Below the pieces are notes generated by a model. It was not told the DNA's origin and did no database searches. It saw nothing but the letters and a program-made list of their open reading frames with translations. A stretch of DNA of 48,226 nucleotides, taken from contig CAWDLW010000044.1 in the NCBI GenBank assembly GCA_963803145.1, forward strand, positions 1 through 48,226, in the 5' to 3' direction. A program made the translations under genes and the position numbers. The stretch comes from Methanotrichaceae archaeon. GTDB taxonomy: Archaea; Halobacteriota; Methanosarcinia; Methanotrichales; Methanotrichaceae. How positions within the stretch are numbered: the first letter of the stretch is position 1; every line of letters begins with the position of its first letter. Shown here piece after piece: positions 1 to 9,550 of the stretch.

Positions 1-156
1 ATAGCTCCGTATTTAACATCTATCCAAGTAGAGCGAAAATAATTATAACTGATTTAAGCCTGCTATAGATAATCAAACTATTTAACTAAACTTTATTGAT
101 CTCTAAGCAAGAAAACTTTATATGGCATAGTTACCTTCCCGTCCGATGGTGTTATC

Positions 157-852
157 ATGCACATAATGGAGGGGTTCCTGCCTCTGCCCTGGTGCGCATT
201 TTGGTTTGCGCTCTCGCTGCCAGTAGTGGCTTATGGAGCTTACAAAATGAACAAAATGGTCAAAGACAACCGTGAGATTTTGCCCTTGCTGGCCGTATCA
301 GGCGCCTTTGTTTTCGTCTTATCTTCCCTGAAGATACCATCTGTGACAGGAAGCTGCTCTCACCCTACTGGAACAGGCATGGGTACGATACTATTCGGCC
401 CGTGGATTACTTCAGTTCTATCAATCATAGTCCTGATCTTTCAGGCTCTCTTCCTCGCTCATGGCGGCCTAACTACACTGGGAGCCAATACATTCTCCAT
501 GGGCATAGCGGGTCCAATCGTGGGTTACCTGGTCTATAAAGGGGCCATGAAATCCGGTATTAATATGTACATAGCCGTATTTCTGGCCGCATTGCTCGCA
601 GATTGGGCTACATATGTTATCACATCACTCCAGCTTGCACTAGCGTTCCCTGCGGCCTCCGGCGGGGTGATGGCATCTTTCCAGGCATTCCTAGCAGTCT
701 TTGCCATAACGCAGGTTCCTCTGGCCATAGTTGAAGGAGCTGTAACTATGCTCATGTTCAAGTACATCATCCAGCTCAGGAGCGATGTTCTGCTGAAGCT
801 CAACGTGGCGCCCCCCAGCATTATCAATAAGCTGAAGGAGGCGTCGGTATGA
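157..852 (+). CDS. cbiM: ECF cobalt transporter substrate-binding component CbiM
   Basis: N-terminal [18 protein letters not shown] and [11 protein letters not shown] motifs; first gene of an overlapping 4-gene operon. Confidence 0.95.
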   Translation: MHIMEGFLPLPWCAFWFALSLPVVAYGAYKMNKMVKDNREILPLLAVSGAFVFVLSSLKIPSVTGSCSHPTGTGMGTILFGPWITSVLSIIVLIFQALFLAHGGLTTLGANTFSMGIAGPIVGYLVYKGAMKSGINMYIAVFLAALLADWATYVITSLQLALAFPAASGGVMASFQAFLAVFAITQVPLAIVEGAVTMLMFKYIIQLRSDVLLKLNVAPPSIINKLKEASV

Positions 853-1184
853 AGATGGAACTCATTGTTATTGCAATTCTCGTAGTATTCATCGGTGCAT
901 TTGCTTATGTCAACTCAACAGGAAATCACAAATGGAGCGGGTCCGACAATCAGGCCGGGAATGTAATCGATAAATTAACTGGAGGAACCTACCAGCCATG
1001 GTTCCATAGCGTATGGGTGCCACCTAGCCCTGAGATAGAGAGCCTGCTTTTCGCCTTACAGGCATCCATCGGCAGCATCATCATCGGCTATTTCCTCGGC
1101 TACTATCGGGCCATGGCAAAGATGAAGGCTTCAGCAACTTCAGAGGAGAAAGATGGAGAAGTGAATGCACGACCTGCTAGATGA
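849..1184 (+). CDS. cbiN: cobalt transport protein CbiN
   Basis: W-x-[24 protein letters not shown] motifs; ATGA overlap with cbiM. Confidence 0.93.
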   Translation: MKMELIVIAILVVFIGAFAYVNSTGNHKWSGSDNQAGNVIDKLTGGTYQPWFHSVWVPPSPEIESLLFALQASIGSIIIGYFLGYYRAMAKMKASATSEEKDGEVNARPAR

Positions 1185-1938
1185 CTACGCCCATTCCAAT
1201 GCTCTGAAGGATGCCAGTCCGAGACTCAAGTTGCTGCTCGGCCTCGGCACCATTTTGCTCTGCATATCCTCACCCACGCCTACAGCACCGTTATTCATAG
1301 CAATTACCATGAGCCTCATAACTGTAATCTTGGCCAAAATTCCGGTGCGCTTTTATCTCACACTGCTGCTTATACCATTCTCATTCTCCCTGCTAAGCGC
1401 CATCGTAGTGGCCTTTATGCATGGGGGAGGTCATCAGCTATTTGCCTTCACTGCCCACTTAAGCATCCGAGAAGACGGAGCCAACCTGGCGTTACTCTTA
1501 ATCTCCAGGACCTTTGGGGGCATGTGCTCTTTATTCTTCATAGCCTTGACAACTCCTATGATAGAGATCTTCTCGATCCTTAAGTCCCTGGGCCTGCCGG
1601 ACTTCCTGGTCGAGCTTTCCATGTTGATGTACAGATACATCTTTGTCTTTGTAGATCAAGCTGCCATGATACACAGCGCTCAGGTAATGCGGCTTGGAGA
1701 CGCAGGAGTCAAAAACACTCTGAACTCATTCGCCATGCTTTCAAGTGTTCTCTTCCTGAGATCGTGGGAGCAGGGCGAAAGGCTCATCGTTACGATGGAT
1801 GCCAGGTGTTACGATGGAAAACTCGATCTCATGGAGCGGGCCAGTAAGGCAGAGCCAAAGACAATCTTGGCCGTGATGAGTTATATGGCCGCGATTGCCG
1901 CTATTGCCGTTTTGACAAGAGATATTCAATTGTTTTGA
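1165..1938 (+). CDS. cbiQ: ECF transmembrane T component CbiQ
   Basis: Hydrophobic; LMYRYIFVF, AQVMRLG, MDARCYDG motifs. Confidence 0.93.
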   Translation: MHDLLDDYAHSNALKDASPRLKLLLGLGTILLCISSPTPTAPLFIAITMSLITVILAKIPVRFYLTLLLIPFSFSLLSAIVVAFMHGGGHQLFAFTAHLSIREDGANLALLLISRTFGGMCSLFFIALTTPMIEIFSILKSLGLPDFLVELSMLMYRYIFVFVDQAAMIHSAQVMRLGDAGVKNTLNSFAMLSSVLFLRSWEQGERLIVTMDARCYDGKLDLMERASKAEPKTILAVMSYMAAIAAIAVLTRDIQLF

Positions 1939-1945
1939 GGGTTAT

Positions 1946-3109
1946 ATGACGTCCATCCTTGAAACCAGAAATGTTATTTATTCCTATGGAGACGGGACTG
2001 AGGCGCTGAAAGGGGTTAGCATATCTCTGGAGGATGGCAAAAAAATCGCTTTTGTTGGTCCGAATGGTGCAGGCAAATCAACGCTTATGCTCATGTTCAA
2101 TGGCATCCTGAAGCCAACCAAAGGAGAGATACTTTTCAGAGGCGAGCCGCTAAAGTATAACGCCTCAGCCCTTCGAGATATAAGGCGCAAGGTGGGCATG
2201 GTCTTTCAGAATCCCGATGACCAGCTATTTGCGCCCACAGTGTACCAGGATGTCGCATTTGGCCCGGCAAACCTGGGATTCTCAAAAGAAAAGATCGATA
2301 GATATGTGAGCTATGCTCTGGCCTATGTCGGCCTCGATGGCTACGAGCACAGGCCGCCACACCATCTGAGCGGCGGCGAAAAGAAAAGAGCTGCAATAGC
2401 AGGTGTTCTTGCGATGGAGCCGGAGGTCATGATCCTCGATGAGCCTACATCCAACCTCGACCCTGCAAGCTCAGAGGAGATGATGGAGATGCTCGATGAG
2501 CTCAACTGCGGCGGAAAGACGATCGTCATCTCCACTCATGATGTCGATCTTGCCTACCGATGGGCGGATGAAGTGATGCTCATGGAGAATGGAAGTTTGC
2601 TTTACTCTGGTGAGCCATCCTCAGTGTTCGCAGATAGTGAGCTCATAGCCAGGGCTAGGATGAAGCTTCCTCTGGTAATGGAGATCTATAGGGAGCTAGT
2701 AGACAGAGGGATCATAAACGGCTCAAAGCCACCGAGAAATGTTCTTGATCTGATTGATATCGCAGAGACGATCACACAGGTAAAGATACCAAAGAGACGC
2801 CTGGGGGAGATCTATGTCTGCAATGCCGAGACCACAGATACGGAGATGATAAAATCCCTCAGAGAGAAGGTGGACTATATTGGGGCAATGGGTACAAGCG
2901 CGAAGATAAGGGCTGCCCGTGAAAAGATAAATTTGGATTTCACATATGGCGTTATAGATAAATGTATCCTCAAAGCTCTTGCAGGCAAAAGCTCTCTGAT
3001 ACTGACTTCAGAAGGCATGGTCAATCATACGTTTACAAGGATCAGAGATTATGGCATTGAGGCCGGATTGTACCTGGAAGCCAAACAGATCGGGGCCGAA
3101 GGAATCTAA
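1946..3109 (+). CDS. cbiO: ECF ATPase CbiO with ~110-aa C-terminal extension
   Basis: GPNGAGKST Walker A, FQNPDDQLF, LSGGEKKR signature, LDEPT Walker B. Confidence 0.93.
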   Translation: MTSILETRNVIYSYGDGTEALKGVSISLEDGKKIAFVGPNGAGKSTLMLMFNGILKPTKGEILFRGEPLKYNASALRDIRRKVGMVFQNPDDQLFAPTVYQDVAFGPANLGFSKEKIDRYVSYALAYVGLDGYEHRPPHHLSGGEKKRAAIAGVLAMEPEVMILDEPTSNLDPASSEEMMEMLDELNCGGKTIVISTHDVDLAYRWADEVMLMENGSLLYSGEPSSVFADSELIARARMKLPLVMEIYRELVDRGIINGSKPPRNVLDLIDIAETITQVKIPKRRLGEIYVCNAETTDTEMIKSLREKVDYIGAMGTSAKIRAAREKINLDFTYGVIDKCILKALAGKSSLILTSEGMVNHTFTRIRDYGIEAGLYLEAKQIGAEGI

Positions 3110-3113
3110 GTTT

Positions 3114-3164
3114 TGAGCGGGTAGGGGAGTGGGGGTTAGTAAAAAAGATGAGTGTACCCGCTCA
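3114..3164 (-). ncRNA. candidate small RNA (10-bp stem, 31-nt C/U-rich loop); alternatively a bidirectional terminator hairpin
   Basis: Perfect inverted repeat TGAGCGGGTA (3114-3123) / TACCCGCTCA (3155-3164); minus-strand BRE/TATA CAGAAAAGTATTTATAG at 3201-3185, ~25 nt upstream of the stem. Confidence 0.45.
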
Positions 3165-3261
3165 CGATAACCAGCCTTTTGTTTCTATAAATACTTTTCT
3201 GGAAGGAATTTAGAACTGTTTTTGCATAAAACGGTTCTTGCGTATTAGCTCCTTTCGCGTA

Positions 3262-4029
3262 TTAGCTTTTTGAGCTTTGCATGGCTATTTTGGCTGCATA
3301 GGCTCCAGCTACAAACCCCGCATCGATATTGACGACCGTAAGGATAGAACATGACTGAAGCATGGATAGAAGGGCTGCGATACCTCCTCCGCCGATGCCA
3401 TAACCTGTCGATACAGGCAGCCCGATCACAGGTGCATTCACAAGCCCTGCAACGACAGCAGGGAGAGTTCCTTCTCGACCTGCTGCTACGACGAAGGCAT
3501 CAGCATCTTTCATCCGTTCAATGCTCGGAAAGAGCCTGTGTATTCCTGCCACGCCTACATCGTACTCGTATATGACTTCGCAGCCCATCTCCTCTGCTGC
3601 TACCCTGGCCTCCTCCGCCACAGGGATATCAGCTGTGCCTGCCGCCAGAACTCCCACTTTGCCATGCTTTGGCTTTCTCTCGCCAAGCCTGAGCACAACT
3701 GTTCTGGCACGAGGATTGTGATCAAGGACTGCTCCTTCGGGCAACTTCGCATCCAAAAAGGCCTGAAGCTGCTCGGGCGAGACGCGAGTAACAATAACGC
3801 CTCCAGTCTCATCCAAATGTGCCAGGGATATCTTCACAAGATCTTTTTTATCCTTGCCCTCTGCCAATATGGCCTCGGGTATGCCGATGCGGTCAGATCG
3901 GCCGATATCCAGCTTGGCTATATCGCCTACTGGCCTAAAGCTTAAGAGCTTGAGCTTTTCTAACGCCACATCAAGTGTAGCCTTGCCGCAGGCATAATCA
4001 TTCAAAATGCCCTTCAAACGGTCTTGCAC
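3262..4029 (-). CDS. larB: nickel-pincer cofactor biosynthesis protein LarB (AIR-carboxylase/PurE-like)
   Basis: AGTADIPVAEEA, DVGVAGIHRL, AGREGTLP, PVSTGYG, VVNID motifs; GTG at 4029 preferred because the ORF-track start overlaps the divergent gene. Confidence 0.88.
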   Translation of the reverse strand: MQDRLKGILNDYACGKATLDVALEKLKLLSFRPVGDIAKLDIGRSDRIGIPEAILAEGKDKKDLVKISLAHLDETGGVIVTRVSPEQLQAFLDAKLPEGAVLDHNPRARTVVLRLGERKPKHGKVGVLAAGTADIPVAEEARVAAEEMGCEVIYEYDVGVAGIHRLFPSIERMKDADAFVVAAGREGTLPAVVAGLVNAPVIGLPVSTGYGIGGGGIAALLSMLQSCSILTVVNIDAGFVAGAYAAKIAMQSSKS

Positions 4030-4090
4030 ATAAGGTGATCCGCTGCTGAAGCATAAAGGGTTTATCCTGATGGGCGACAATATTTTAGAG

Positions 4091-5296
4091 ATGAAAGTCA
4101 ACCTGGACCTTCACATCCATTCCAAGTATTCAGCTGCCGTTTCTAAGGATATGGATCTCCCGGAAATCGCAAGGGAGGCCGCGCTGAAAGGCGTGAAGAT
4201 CGTGGGCACAGGAGATTGCTTATTTCCAAAATGGCTTGATGAGATCAAGAAGCTGCCATCCAGCGATGGTCTATTCAAGCTGGAAGATACTTATTTCGTT
4301 CTGACTGTGGAGGTCGAGGATGCCCATAGGGTCCATCATCTGATACTCGTTCCTGATGTAACTAAGGCAGAGGAGCTGAGGGATCGCTTTTCCCCAAAAT
4401 CATCCACTCTTGAGACGGATGGCAGACCGAAGGTCCACATGGAGGGCGCGGAGATTGCAGATAATGTAATAGACGCAGGCTGCATGATAGGGCCGAGCCA
4501 CGCCTTTACACCGTGGACGGGGATTTATGCGCATTATAAATCCATGCCTGATTGCTATGGTGAGCATGCTGACAGCATTCATTACTTGGAGCTTGGCCTC
4601 AGCGCAGACACCGATTATGCAGATAGGATCGCAGAGCTCAGCAGCAAGATGTTCATGTCCAATTCCGACGCCCATTCTCCCCGTTCGAATAAACTTGCTA
4701 GAGAGTTCAACCAGATGGAACTAAAGAACATGAGCTTTAGCGATATCAAAATGGCCATAGATCATCATGCTGGGCGCCATCCTACACTCAATGTCGGATT
4801 TTACCCTGAGGAGGGCAAGTACAACCGAACTGCATGCACGAGCTGCTATACTCAGTACAGCGCAGAACAGATGAAGGAACTCCGAGGGAAATGCACAGTC
4901 TGCGGCGGCATCATCAAGCTGGGTGTCAGGGATAGGGTTGAATCCCTTGCAGACTATCCTGAGCCTGTGCATCCGCCTCATCGGCCGCCTTACCTGCATC
5001 TGGTACCCCTGGCTGAGATCATAGCCAAGGCGATAGGCAACAAAAGCCCTTATACTGCCGGTGTACAGAAGCGCTGGAAGGATCTGGTCGATGGCAGGAC
5101 TGAGATTGATGTCTTGGTTTCTGCCGATCTAACGGAGCTGAAGGCGGAGCCGAAGATAATTCATGCAATTGAAGCATTCAGATCTGGAAAAGTAGTAGTC
5201 AAGCCGGGAGGGGGCGGAAAGTATGGGGAGATTTTGCTGCCGGAGAATCTATCGGGAGAAAGACCTGAAGGCCAGAAATCTCTCCTTGAATTTTAG
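4091..5296 (+). CDS. endonuclease Q-like PHP-domain protein (TIGR00375 type)
   Basis: DLHIHSKYS, HAFTPW, ELGLSAD, SNSDAHS, GKY-x-RTAC..C...C..CGG Zn finger, PGGGGKYG. Confidence 0.88.
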   Translation: MKVNLDLHIHSKYSAAVSKDMDLPEIAREAALKGVKIVGTGDCLFPKWLDEIKKLPSSDGLFKLEDTYFVLTVEVEDAHRVHHLILVPDVTKAEELRDRFSPKSSTLETDGRPKVHMEGAEIADNVIDAGCMIGPSHAFTPWTGIYAHYKSMPDCYGEHADSIHYLELGLSADTDYADRIAELSSKMFMSNSDAHSPRSNKLAREFNQMELKNMSFSDIKMAIDHHAGRHPTLNVGFYPEEGKYNRTACTSCYTQYSAEQMKELRGKCTVCGGIIKLGVRDRVESLADYPEPVHPPHRPPYLHLVPLAEIIAKAIGNKSPYTAGVQKRWKDLVDGRTEIDVLVSADLTELKAEPKIIHAIEAFRSGKVVVKPGGGGKYGEILLPENLSGERPEGQKSLLEF

Positions 5297-5312
5297 CTGA
5301 TCAGATCCATCT

Positions 5313-5528
5313 TCAGCGTCTTCTCTTGGCGTTGTATTTTGGCCAGGAACTAAACTTAGCAGGGCCCTTTTGGGCGAAACTCCTGGCGACACTTTCTGCC
5401 ACAGCGCGCTCTATCCTCTCATCACGTGACCTTCTCTCGGCAGCCATCTTCCTGACGATGATATAGTTGGCGATAAAAAATATTGGTAGTAGTAATATGC
5501 ATATCAATATTATCTGCCAAATTTCCAT
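5313..5528 (-). CDS. small single-pass membrane protein
   Basis: MEIWQIILICILLLPIFFIANYII hydrophobic helix then basic tail; ATG at 5528 avoids overlap with the MutS-like gene. Confidence 0.6.
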   Translation of the reverse strand: MEIWQIILICILLLPIFFIANYIIVRKMAAERRSRDERIERAVAESVARSFAQKGPAKFSSWPKYNAKRRR

Positions 5529-5562
5529 GTTATATGCTATTATAGTCCAAAATATAAAAGTA

Positions 5563-7593
5563 TCATCTAAACTTGGCCAGAAGCCTTGAGTAGAACTCCT
5601 TTTCCTTCCCTTGTGTAGTCCTGACAAGCCGATCCAGTATCAGCTCAGGCGTACTTCGTGCCAGATAGTTATACCTGGGTGTTCTTCGGACAACGAGGTT
5701 GAACTGATCATCCAGACCCTCAGCCTCTATTCCGTCCACGCGAACAGGCGTCTGCGCAAGCCTCTTTACATCCTCTGCCAGATGGCTCACAAATACTGCA
5801 ACAGAGCCCAAACTGTTCAGCTCATCGAGCATGCATGCAATTATCCTTGCAGATGCACCAGGCTCCGTTATCGCCTCAAGCTCATCAGCCATTACGAGCT
5901 TACGCTTGTTGTTCTCCACAACAGCGAACTTGCGCATGGCAGTCTCGAATGCTCCTGCGCTAAGCGTTCCGCGGCTCTTGCTGAAGTAGTATAACTCCTG
6001 GAAAATGCCAAGACTGCAACGCTTGGCCGGAACAGGCAACCCCATATGTGCCAGTATCGCTATCTGAGATATGAGATCTAGAAGAGATGTCTTGCCCCCC
6101 GAGTTCACGCCGCTGAGAATTGCTACTCTTTCAGTGTGCTCGACAAATCCAGTTTCTCCCAATGAGTAGCTTACAGGCTGAGGATCAGCCAGGAACAGAT
6201 TTCTGCCATCGATAAAGCCGAGGCATGGCTTATCCGAGATCTCAGGCATACTCATTTCCTGGGAGAATTTCCCTAGTGCATAAGTAAAATCGAACTCCAT
6301 AAGTGCATTGATTATTCTTTTGACAAGATCCTTTTTATCGGCTAGACCTCTAGCGAGATCGCGTCTTGCTTTAAGACCTTTGGACTCTATTTTACTTCGA
6401 AGATCCTGCTCAAAGGCGTGAAGAGCCTGCATATCCAGCTCCATTGGATATTGTATCTCTGAAGAGAATATCTCATCCAGCCTGATACCATCCGTGGCTG
6501 CAAGTCCGAGCTCTAATGCCACACGCTCCTTTGCCTCTTTCAGGACGCATTGAAAAACACTTTTAAGCTGCATCTCAAAGATATTCCTCGCATCCTCCCC
6601 CCTGCTCAGAACTTGAAGTATATCGCTGCCATCCAGAGTAACAGAGCTTGCCTCTATCCTTCTCTTGAGCTCAGAATTTGCCCACGACGCAGCATCCTTG
6701 ATGCTTCCTTTCAGCCCCGTTAGCTGCTTATGAAGCAAGTCCGATTCAATATCCTCGCTTAGCCTAAGCCTTTCGATTAGCTTCCGTAGATCGCTTAGTC
6801 CATTGAAGGTGTATATCCCTGCTTCCTGAAGAAGCAACGCTCCTTCGATTGCTGAGGTAATGATCTCAAGGTTGTCCTTGTAGTAACTTAAGATAGCCTC
6901 TGGGACCAAGTACCAGTCGTCCAAGGAATCAGCCTGCTCGACAGCCGTAGAGTCCAGATCCCCAATGAGGCTGATATGGCTGTAGCCTTCTGCAAGATTC
7001 ATCAAATCCTCAAGGCTCTCAGTCAGTTGCAAATCTATCAGCTTATCCAGGCCCCGCGACTTAAGCTGCACCAGCATACCTGTATCCGCTACTGCCAGAG
7101 CTCTTTCCCTTATACGTGATGCAGGCCGATCGCGTAGCGGCTTCAATTCACTCAGGTAATTCTCTATGGCGCTGCCAGAGACTTTTTTTGTGGCTGCCAG
7201 GGCATTCTCAGCCATAGCTCTATTTTCATTTATGAGATCTATTGAAGACGATGGAAAGATTGTGCCGATCTTCAGGCGCGCATAATCCGTATGCGTATTG
7301 CTCTCGATCCTGGATACGATCATCTGGTAGATTCGCTTTGCCTCCTCTGTAGCAAGGAAGCCTTCAGGCTTCACGCCGAACTTTACTCCTTTGGCGAAGC
7401 AAGCTAAAGACAAAGCCTGGCGTTCGCTGAGCACGTTCATAAGGTCTAGAACATCTCCCCTCAGAATAGCTTCAAGCGCGCGCTCCTCGCTCCCATAATG
7501 TTCCAAGAGGCGCTCCCTAATTCTAGGGCCAATGCCAGGAATATCTACCAACTTCAAGCAGACGCCATATGGTTCGGAATATAATATATCCAT
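5563..7593 (-). CDS. archaeal MutS-family (MutS2/MutS5-like) ATPase with N-terminal helix-hairpin-helix
   Basis: IPGIGP HhH; ILSGVNSGGKT Walker A, LAHMGLPVPA, DELEAITEP, FVSH motifs of MutS domain V; no mismatch-binding or Smr domain seen. Confidence 0.87.
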   Translation of the reverse strand: MDILYSEPYGVCLKLVDIPGIGPRIRERLLEHYGSEERALEAILRGDVLDLMNVLSERQALSLACFAKGVKFGVKPEGFLATEEAKRIYQMIVSRIESNTHTDYARLKIGTIFPSSSIDLINENRAMAENALAATKKVSGSAIENYLSELKPLRDRPASRIRERALAVADTGMLVQLKSRGLDKLIDLQLTESLEDLMNLAEGYSHISLIGDLDSTAVEQADSLDDWYLVPEAILSYYKDNLEIITSAIEGALLLQEAGIYTFNGLSDLRKLIERLRLSEDIESDLLHKQLTGLKGSIKDAASWANSELKRRIEASSVTLDGSDILQVLSRGEDARNIFEMQLKSVFQCVLKEAKERVALELGLAATDGIRLDEIFSSEIQYPMELDMQALHAFEQDLRSKIESKGLKARRDLARGLADKKDLVKRIINALMEFDFTYALGKFSQEMSMPEISDKPCLGFIDGRNLFLADPQPVSYSLGETGFVEHTERVAILSGVNSGGKTSLLDLISQIAILAHMGLPVPAKRCSLGIFQELYYFSKSRGTLSAGAFETAMRKFAVVENNKRKLVMADELEAITEPGASARIIACMLDELNSLGSVAVFVSHLAEDVKRLAQTPVRVDGIEAEGLDDQFNLVVRRTPRYNYLARSTPELILDRLVRTTQGKEKEFYSRLLAKFR

Positions 7594-7634
7594 TCCGGCA
7601 AGGTTGATATGCAGCCGTTACAAAGAGAGCTACC

Positions 7635-8498
7635 GTGCTTCTACATAGAATACTCCAGCTTGAAGAAAACGAGGAGATCTTTCTTGCAGAGGAGTCTCTG
7701 GAGGATCTCATAAATTTGCCTGTGACAAGGGATATCCTGTCAGGAGGCTTGGATGCAGATAATTACATTGATATCCCTGGCTATGGACTGGCGGCCCATA
7801 TGACTGAGCCTGCAGAGTTCTGGCTGCTGTTAACAGACCGCTATTCACCGGATAAAATTCTAGCGGACTCCAGCCGAAGAGGGCAGAGCCATGACACTGT
7901 TAGCATAGATGAAACAGACTTTACCCAGGCGCTGATCGAATACTATGCCACATTCCTGTGCGGCGAATTTCTTTGCGATAGCTGCAGTGTTGTTGGTCCC
8001 CCGCTTTATAATGAAGATAGAATAAAAAGATTGGTGTCTTTACTGGAACCATTGCCCAATAGGATGAATATTCTTGAAGTCTGCTGCGGCAGCGGCATGG
8101 GAACACAGGCACTTCTCAGACGAGGATATACTCCCTTATCGATGGATTCAGATCGCTGTGATCTCTGCCTCGCCCTGAAGTCAGGATCGGTGGATCCGCG
8201 GAATTCATTCGTACTTGATGCAAAATTGCTTCCATATTTCTTTAAACCTGAATCATTTGATGCAGTCATTGGCTTTATGATGGGACTGATCGATAGATCC
8301 AATTGGTCTCTCTGGAAGGACATAATCCTAATATCCTCAAGCCTCGCAAGGGAGATGGTATTTTATACTGTATACAGCCGTAAAGAGGCCGAGCTCATCG
8401 CGCAGGTTCTGGCCGAAGAAGGCTTCCAAGGGGAGATAATCGACAATCGTGATCCTAAGGGGATCTATGACCAGTGGGCATACCGAGGAAGAAAATAA
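7635..8498 (+). CDS. class I SAM-dependent methyltransferase
   Basis: ILEVCCGSG motif I, FDAVI motif; CxxxxCxxC upstream of the Rossmann fold. Confidence 0.75.
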   Translation: MLLHRILQLEENEEIFLAEESLEDLINLPVTRDILSGGLDADNYIDIPGYGLAAHMTEPAEFWLLLTDRYSPDKILADSSRRGQSHDTVSIDETDFTQALIEYYATFLCGEFLCDSCSVVGPPLYNEDRIKRLVSLLEPLPNRMNILEVCCGSGMGTQALLRRGYTPLSMDSDRCDLCLALKSGSVDPRNSFVLDAKLLPYFFKPESFDAVIGFMMGLIDRSNWSLWKDIILISSSLAREMVFYTVYSRKEAELIAQVLAEEGFQGEIIDNRDPKGIYDQWAYRGRK

Positions 8499-8553
8499 CG
8501 CCGACGGAAAGGTTAATACAATTTCAGATCGGGATTGAATTTGGTGAGAACTT

Positions 8554-8676
8554 ATGTCGGAGTTTAAAAAGCGAGGCGTAGAAAGGAAGGGCAGCAAGAA
8601 GCAGGAGAACCTCAGCAAGAAGCTCATCGAAGAGAACCTCGAAGATCTCAGAGACATAAGCGGCGAGGAGAAGTAA
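8554..8676 (+). CDS. 40-aa charged small protein (MSEFKKRGVERKGSKKQENLSKKLIEENLEDLRDISGEEK)
   Basis: Translated by hand; GGTGA SD upstream of the ATG; AAG/GAG-rich host-like codons. Confidence 0.6.
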   Translation: MSEFKKRGVERKGSKKQENLSKKLIEENLEDLRDISGEEK

Positions 8677-8800
8677 TTAAGGCAATTGAGCCCCAGAGAT
8701 TATGTATCTTACATAACAGGGAGCCTGCAGGACATATCGAAACCTGTTGAAGTGCAGTGGAATCCAATTGGGATTCCCTCCGATGTTTAAACTAATTATT

Positions 8801-9202
8801 TTAGGTTGACGGCACGTCAACGCTCAAACTCTTGCTTAGCTCCTTGAGCTTCTCTATGCTCTCCATAGTCTTCGCAGATTCTTTTCTCTTTTCCTCCTCA
8901 AAGTGCCTAATTATCTCTCCTAGAGATATCGTAAGACGGTATACCTTCATTGGCCTTCCTTTTCCATCCTTCTTTATCTCCCGCTCCTCGACCCAAGAGT
9001 TGTTGCGAAGTGTACGCATGGCAATGCTAACCTCAGGCTGTCTTAGGTTAGAGCCGATCTCAATCTCACGAGAGGTCGCCTCCTCAACGTTAGCCAGGTA
9101 GGTGATCATACTGGCGACATTTCTGGGTATGCCAAGTTCCCTCAGCACTTCTACAAACTCTCTGTCGGTATCATCGAGAACTTTTACTGAGAATTGTCTC
9201 AT
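8801..9202 (-). CDS. winged-helix transcriptional regulator (ArsR/TrmB-like, methanogen family)
   Basis: SREIEIGSNLRQPEVSIAM HTH and GKGRPMKVY wing. Confidence 0.85.
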   Translation of the reverse strand: MRQFSVKVLDDTDREFVEVLRELGIPRNVASMITYLANVEEATSREIEIGSNLRQPEVSIAMRTLRNNSWVEEREIKKDGKGRPMKVYRLTISLGEIIRHFEEEKRKESAKTMESIEKLKELSKSLSVDVPST

Positions 9203-9550
9203 ATTGACCTCATTCTATTTTTGTATATAACAAATACTTTATGATATAAATAGTTTATTTCTGATCCGCGTATTTTTGTGATACCAAGATTAATCATGAA
9301 TTAAACTTCCATTTTGTACAAACATTTCATCAAGTTCGATATTATCGAATACATCATGCCCATAGCAAGCCCATGAGCAGCGCTTAAATTCTTAATATGA
9401 TAAGAGGATTAGAAGTTAATAATAATATAGTATATGAAAAATTGAAGCTATAAGGATAGAGACAATATACCCGTATCTGCGATGCTGGTTGTTATTGGCG
9501 AGCAATGAGAAGATAAATAGATATATCTGCTGCATCACTTCCCAACAGCC

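Noticed and set aside
1-156. Cobalamin riboswitch upstream of cbiM
   Set aside because: The sequence is AT-rich and promoter-like, with no B12-box elements visible.
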